The notes below the pieces were generated by a model. The model did no database searches and had not been told where the DNA came from. It was given only the letters and a program-made list of their open reading frames with translations. From an uncultured Verrucomicrobiae bacterium (GTDB taxonomy: Bacteria > Verrucomicrobiota > Verrucomicrobiia > Chthoniobacterales > JAATET01), in assembly GCA_963719495.1 (NCBI GenBank), contig CAVRCI010000009.1:143409-207408 (forward strand): a stretch of 64,000 nt of DNA, written 5' to 3'. The position numbers and the translations under genes were made by a program. Positions 60,093 to 64,000 of this stretch are shown here, piece after piece; the stretch's first letter is position 1; every line of letters starts with the position of its first letter.

Positions 60093-60692
60093 ATGCCCGC
60101 CACCGCCGAGCCGCCCACCATCGAGATGTGGACCGACCGCGAATTCCTCGAATGGCTCGAGCCCGGCATTCACGCCGACCTCATCGACGGCGAAAGATTC
60201 ATGCACTCCCCGGTCTCCCTCGCCCACGCCCGCACGATCAATTTTTTGAATCACCTCATGAGCCGCTGGCTCGAAGAGTCCAACTGCGGCGGGGAGATCT
60301 TCCGCGAAGTCGTTGCCGTCCGACTCTCCCAGCGCAACGTCTTCCTCCCCGACCTCGCGTGGTTTTCACCCGACCAGCTCCCCCACCTCGCTCCGACCCA
60401 CGCCCCGTTCGCGCCCGCCTGGATCTGTGAAGTCCTGTCACCTCGCACCGCCGATCGCGACCTCGGCCCGAAGTTTGCCGCCTACGAAGAACACGGCGTC
60501 CAGGAATATTGGATCCTCGATCCCGTCCACCAGCGCCACCAATTCCTCTTCCGCGAAGACGACTACCTCGTCGCCAGCGACCCAACCGACGGCTGGATCA
60601 CCAGCCGCACCATCCCCGGCTTCCGCGTCCGCCCCCAGTGGCTCACCGACCTCCCACCCGCCGCCGACTGCCTCCGCGAGATCACCGTTTAA
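60093..60692 (+). CDS. Uma2 family endonuclease
   Basis: DLIDG, PDLAW, CEVLSP.T...D...K...Y...GVQEYWILDP. Confidence 0.9.
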   Translation: MPATAEPPTIEMWTDREFLEWLEPGIHADLIDGERFMHSPVSLAHARTINFLNHLMSRWLEESNCGGEIFREVVAVRLSQRNVFLPDLAWFSPDQLPHLAPTHAPFAPAWICEVLSPRTADRDLGPKFAAYEEHGVQEYWILDPVHQRHQFLFREDDYLVASDPTDGWITSRTIPGFRVRPQWLTDLPPAADCLREITV

Positions 60693-60711
60693 CGAAAGGC
60701 AAGCCGCATCG

Positions 60712-60795
60712 GTCACCCGTCCCATCCGTGTTCATCCGTGGTTCTGTATTTCAAATCCGTGGTTCTGTATTCCTCATCCGCCCCGTCCGTGGTTT
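60712..60795. repeat. ATCCGTGGTT-type array; a related array lies at about 60014-60054
   Basis: catccgtgttcatccgtggttctgtatttcaaatccgtggttctgtattcctcatccgccccgtccgtggttt. Confidence 0.7.
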
Positions 60796-60809
60796 AAATC
60801 GCCCGCATC

Positions 60810-62033
60810 ATGAAAATCGTCGTCGCATACAGCGGCGGACTCGACACGTCCGTCATTCTCAACTGGCTCAAGGAAACCTACTCCGCGGAGGTCATCGCCT
60901 TCTGCGCCGACATCGGTCAGGAGGAGGAACTCGACGGCCTCGAGGAAAAAGCCCAGCGCACCGGAGCCAGCAAATGCTTCGTCGATGATCTCCAGGAAGA
61001 ATTCGCCCGCGACTTCATCTACCCGATGTTCCGCGCCGGCGCCCTCTACGAAGGCCAGTATTTCCTGGGCACCAGCATCGCCCGCCCCCTCATCGCCAAA
61101 CGCATGGTCGACATCGCCCAGGCCGAAGGCGCCGACGCCATCGCCCACGGCGCGACCGGCAAAGGCAACGACCAGATCCGCTTCGAACTCACCGCCGCCG
61201 CCCTCAGCCCCAACCTCGAAGTCATCGCCCCCTGGCGGCAGGAGCGCTTCCGCACCCTCTTCCCCGGCCGCAGCGAAATGATCGACTACTGCGCCACCCA
61301 CGGCATCAACGTCGAAGCCAGCGCCAGCAAACCCTACTCGATGGACCGCAATCTCCTGCACATCTCCTACGAGAGCGGCATCCTCGAGGACCCGTGGTTC
61401 GACTCCTCGGCGCCGGACAACAAGGCGATGTTCAAACTCTCCGCCGACCCCGAGGACGCCCCCGACGAGCCCGAGACGATCACCCTCGAGTTCGAGCGCG
61501 GCGATTGCGTCGCCGTCAACGGCGAAGCCCTCAGCCCGCTCACGGTGATGAAAAAACTCAACGCCCTCGGCGGCAAACACGGCATCGGCCGCGTCGACAT
61601 GGTCGAGAACCGCTTCGTCGGCATGAAGTCCCGCGGCGTCTACGAGACCCCCGGTGGGGCCATCGTCCACGCCGCCCACCGGCGCCTCGAATCCCTCACC
61701 ATGGATCGCGAAGTCATGCACCTCCGCGACTCGCTCATCCCGAAATACTCGACCCTGGTTTACAACGGATTCTGGTTCGCCCCCGAGCGCGAAGCCCTGC
61801 AAGCCTTCGTCGAGGAATCACAAAAAACCGTCACCGGAACCGTCCGCGCCAAGCTCTACAAAGGCAACATCATCGCCGCCGGCTTGAAGAGCCCAGTCAG
61901 CCTCTACAACCCGCAGATCGCAACGATGGAAGCCGACCCCACCCAGGCCTACGACCAAGGCGACGCCACCGGCTTCATCCGTCTGAACGCCCTCCGCCTC
62001 AAAGTGGAAGCCGGCGTCGCGCAACCAGAGTAA
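60810..62033 (+). CDS. argG: Argininosuccinate synthase
   Basis: [46 protein letters not shown]. Confidence 0.97.
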   Translation: MKIVVAYSGGLDTSVILNWLKETYSAEVIAFCADIGQEEELDGLEEKAQRTGASKCFVDDLQEEFARDFIYPMFRAGALYEGQYFLGTSIARPLIAKRMVDIAQAEGADAIAHGATGKGNDQIRFELTAAALSPNLEVIAPWRQERFRTLFPGRSEMIDYCATHGINVEASASKPYSMDRNLLHISYESGILEDPWFDSSAPDNKAMFKLSADPEDAPDEPETITLEFERGDCVAVNGEALSPLTVMKKLNALGGKHGIGRVDMVENRFVGMKSRGVYETPGGAIVHAAHRRLESLTMDREVMHLRDSLIPKYSTLVYNGFWFAPEREALQAFVEESQKTVTGTVRAKLYKGNIIAAGLKSPVSLYNPQIATMEADPTQAYDQGDATGFIRLNALRLKVEAGVAQPE

Positions 62034-62178
62034 AACCCGGTTGCTTCCGGCGGACTGCGCTTCGCTCCGGCACAGCCTGTCGTTCTTTGCCCGCACGTTT
62101 TCGTCCTCGTTTGAGATCCTGACCACACTCGCTCATATTCGGTTGAATCGCGGTGCCTACCGTGTCACCGTTCTCGCG

Positions 62179-62745
62179 ATGAAAAAACCATCTATCTACC
62201 TCCTTGGCGCGAGCGTGGCTCTCGCACTCTCCGTCTCCACTTCCCACGCAGATCTGGCCGACCACATGGGCACCCTTCCCGACGGCCCCGACATCACCGA
62301 AGCCGACGTTGAAGCCGCGCAGGAAATGTGGGGTGATGCGGTCGTCAAGATCGGCGAGGCTGGCGACGATGCTCCCGCGGTCGCCGAGGCGGCCGCCAAG
62401 TCCGCCTACGCTTTTGAACTCGGCCCGATCCTGTTCAAGCCGACGCTGGCCGCGGAAACCCCATTTCGTCCCGACCTCGAAGGAACGCTCTCCTACTTCG
62501 TCTCCGGTAACGACAAATTCTCCGAAGATAAAGGATTCGCTCTGAAACCTTGGACCAAGGTTCGCTTCGAGAACCACAACATCAAAATCTTCGGCAACAA
62601 AGCCATCGCGATGGGACACTATTTCTTCACGGACAAAGCGACCGGTGAAGAGACCAAGGTTGAGTTCACCAAGGGCTACGTGAAAATGGATGACGGGCGG
62701 GTGCTCCTCTTCCTGCAAGACTCGTCGTTGCCCTACTCCGGATAA
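62179..62745 (+). CDS. Secreted COG4337-like (iota carbonic anhydrase-like) protein with altered HHSS motif
   Basis: AAQEMWG, LFKPTLA, LSYFV, DKGFALKPW, AMGHYFFTD; ends LQDSSLPY. Confidence 0.65.
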   Translation: MKKPSIYLLGASVALALSVSTSHADLADHMGTLPDGPDITEADVEAAQEMWGDAVVKIGEAGDDAPAVAEAAAKSAYAFELGPILFKPTLAAETPFRPDLEGTLSYFVSGNDKFSEDKGFALKPWTKVRFENHNIKIFGNKAIAMGHYFFTDKATGEETKVEFTKGYVKMDDGRVLLFLQDSSLPYSG

Positions 62746-62781
62746 CACTTCGCAGCCGTCAGACTTCCAAATTTCTACCAC

Positions 62782-62807
62782 GGAGCCGGGCCGCAAGGTC
62801 CGGCTCC
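62782..62807. terminator. Hairpin between convergent genes
   Basis: ggagccgggcc-gcaa-ggtccggctcc. Confidence 0.6.
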
Positions 62808-62826
62808 TTGCGTTTTGGAACCTGGC

Positions 62827-63408
62827 TCAATGCCTGGCGATCCGTTGCCGCTTCACGTGGACCACGATCGCCGCATGAACCGCGATCGCCACCGCAAGCC
62901 CGGCACCCTGCATCAGCCAGGTCGCTTCAACCGCCCGCGTCACCAGCCACAGCCCGGTTCCCGCAACCGGCACGAACAAAAGAACCGCGGAGACCAAGCC
63001 GGGATTATACCGCCGCAAAGCGACGGCCTGACCCACGTGTCCGACCACGTTCACCAGCGGCAAATACATCGCCATCAACCCCCAGCCAGGACCCACGAAG
63101 ACCGCCAGGTAGAGCGCGGCCAGATCGACTCCCCACACGCCCACCGAATTGATCACGAACGTCGCCCGCCGCGATAGCACTTCGACGCCACCACCCATCG
63201 TCTCGTTGACAAACGCCCGAAACCGGTCACCCGCATGCTCCTCGAGCTGGTGCAGCATGTAGACCGGCAATTGCACGTAAATCCAGAAAATCACCCCGCC
63301 CGCCACGACCCACACGATCGGCGCAAGCGCCAGCAGAACGATCCCCGCAAAGGCCGCCGCGCCGGGCCAATTCCACTTTCCGATCAGCCAATTCGAAATC
63401 ACATTCAC
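62827..63408 (-). CDS. HXXEE domain membrane protein
   Basis: LHQLEEH, YNPGL, several TM helices. Confidence 0.88.
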   Translation of the reverse strand: MNVISNWLIGKWNWPGAAAFAGIVLLALAPIVWVVAGGVIFWIYVQLPVYMLHQLEEHAGDRFRAFVNETMGGGVEVLSRRATFVINSVGVWGVDLAALYLAVFVGPGWGLMAMYLPLVNVVGHVGQAVALRRYNPGLVSAVLLFVPVAGTGLWLVTRAVEATWLMQGAGLAVAIAVHAAIVVHVKRQRIARH

Positions 63409-63499
63409 GGCCCCGAATTAGCGGACGAAGACGGATTCCACAAGCCACTGGGTAATTGCCAACCTTGCTTTCGGCCTTTTCCTCTGCAAGTCTAACTGA

Positions 63500-63853
63500 A
63501 TGAAAGCTACGCCCCTCCTCTTTGGCTTCGCCTTCGTTGCCGCCGCTTCTCCCCTCGCTCTTTTCGCGAATAACCCGCCCAACCTCACGATTTCCGGCGA
63601 GCGTTACAAAAATCCGACCACTTACCTGTTCACCGGAACGGTGCAGGACGAGTCGGGCGGCGTGACGCTCGGCTATCGGATCAAGCGTGAGCAGTTCACG
63701 GTCCCGATCCGCGGCAAAAACTGGCGGCTCCGCATCAAGCTGAAGAACCCACGCACCCGCGTCGTCTTCTTCGCCATCGACCGCGAAGGCCGCCGCTCCG
63801 CCCGCCAAAAACGAGTCCTCGTCCAGCAAGCCCCGCAGGATCAGCAAAACTAA
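63500..63853 (+). CDS. Small secreted basic Ig-like protein
   Basis: Signal peptide; PNLTI...FTGTVQDESG...WRLRIKL...AIDREGRRS. Confidence 0.7.
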   Translation: MKATPLLFGFAFVAAASPLALFANNPPNLTISGERYKNPTTYLFTGTVQDESGGVTLGYRIKREQFTVPIRGKNWRLRIKLKNPRTRVVFFAIDREGRRSARQKRVLVQQAPQDQQN

Positions 63854-64000
63854 CGCCGCTGGCAAAATCAGGAACGGCGATTTGCAATTGGCTTCGCCTG
63901 TCTCCGCTTCGCTTCGGCTGCCGAACCAACCCAGATCCGGCGAAGCCGGACACTTCCCCTTTTTGTCATCTTGAACGGAGTGAAAGATCTCTGGCTTACA

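Noticed and set aside
1..64000. tRNA, rRNA and known riboswitches
   Set aside because: None recognised by eye; an Infernal or tRNAscan run is needed to exclude them

Overview
GC-rich bacterial chromosome segment, most likely Verrucomicrobiota (inferred from PEP-CTERM proteins, a prepilin/H-X9-DG-type protein and the ribosomal gene layout). It contains: (1) an accessory left end with a DUF4062-like membrane protein running off the edge, an M50-like protease, a MidA-like methyltransferase and a UDP-glucose pyrophosphorylase; (2) the str-S10-spc-alpha ribosomal cluster on the minus strand (7.9-26.3 kb), lacking tuf, rpsN, rpmD, infA, rpoA and rplQ, with a foreign secreted-protein gene between rpsS and rplV; (3) a tightly coupled five-gene specialised Hsp70 module (TPR-like protein ending in QLDLF, atypical J-domain, GrpE-like, Hsp70, Zn-ribbon protein); (4) an hmuSTUV heme-uptake operon headed by a PEP-CTERM protein and a pilin-like protein instead of a TonB-dependent receptor; (5) an IS110/IS1111-type element whose empty target is preserved next to it, followed by a frameshifted NHL-repeat gene; (6) housekeeping genes (cca, lysA, dus, msrA, argG); (7) a guanidine/urea carboxylase operon preceded by a NikR-fold regulator that lacks most nickel ligands and interrupted by a four-helix-bundle gene bracketed by inverted heptamer arrays. 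Related heptamer arrays occur across the window, including in frame inside the carboxylase. All calls come from reading the sequence and recalled family motifs; no searches were run.
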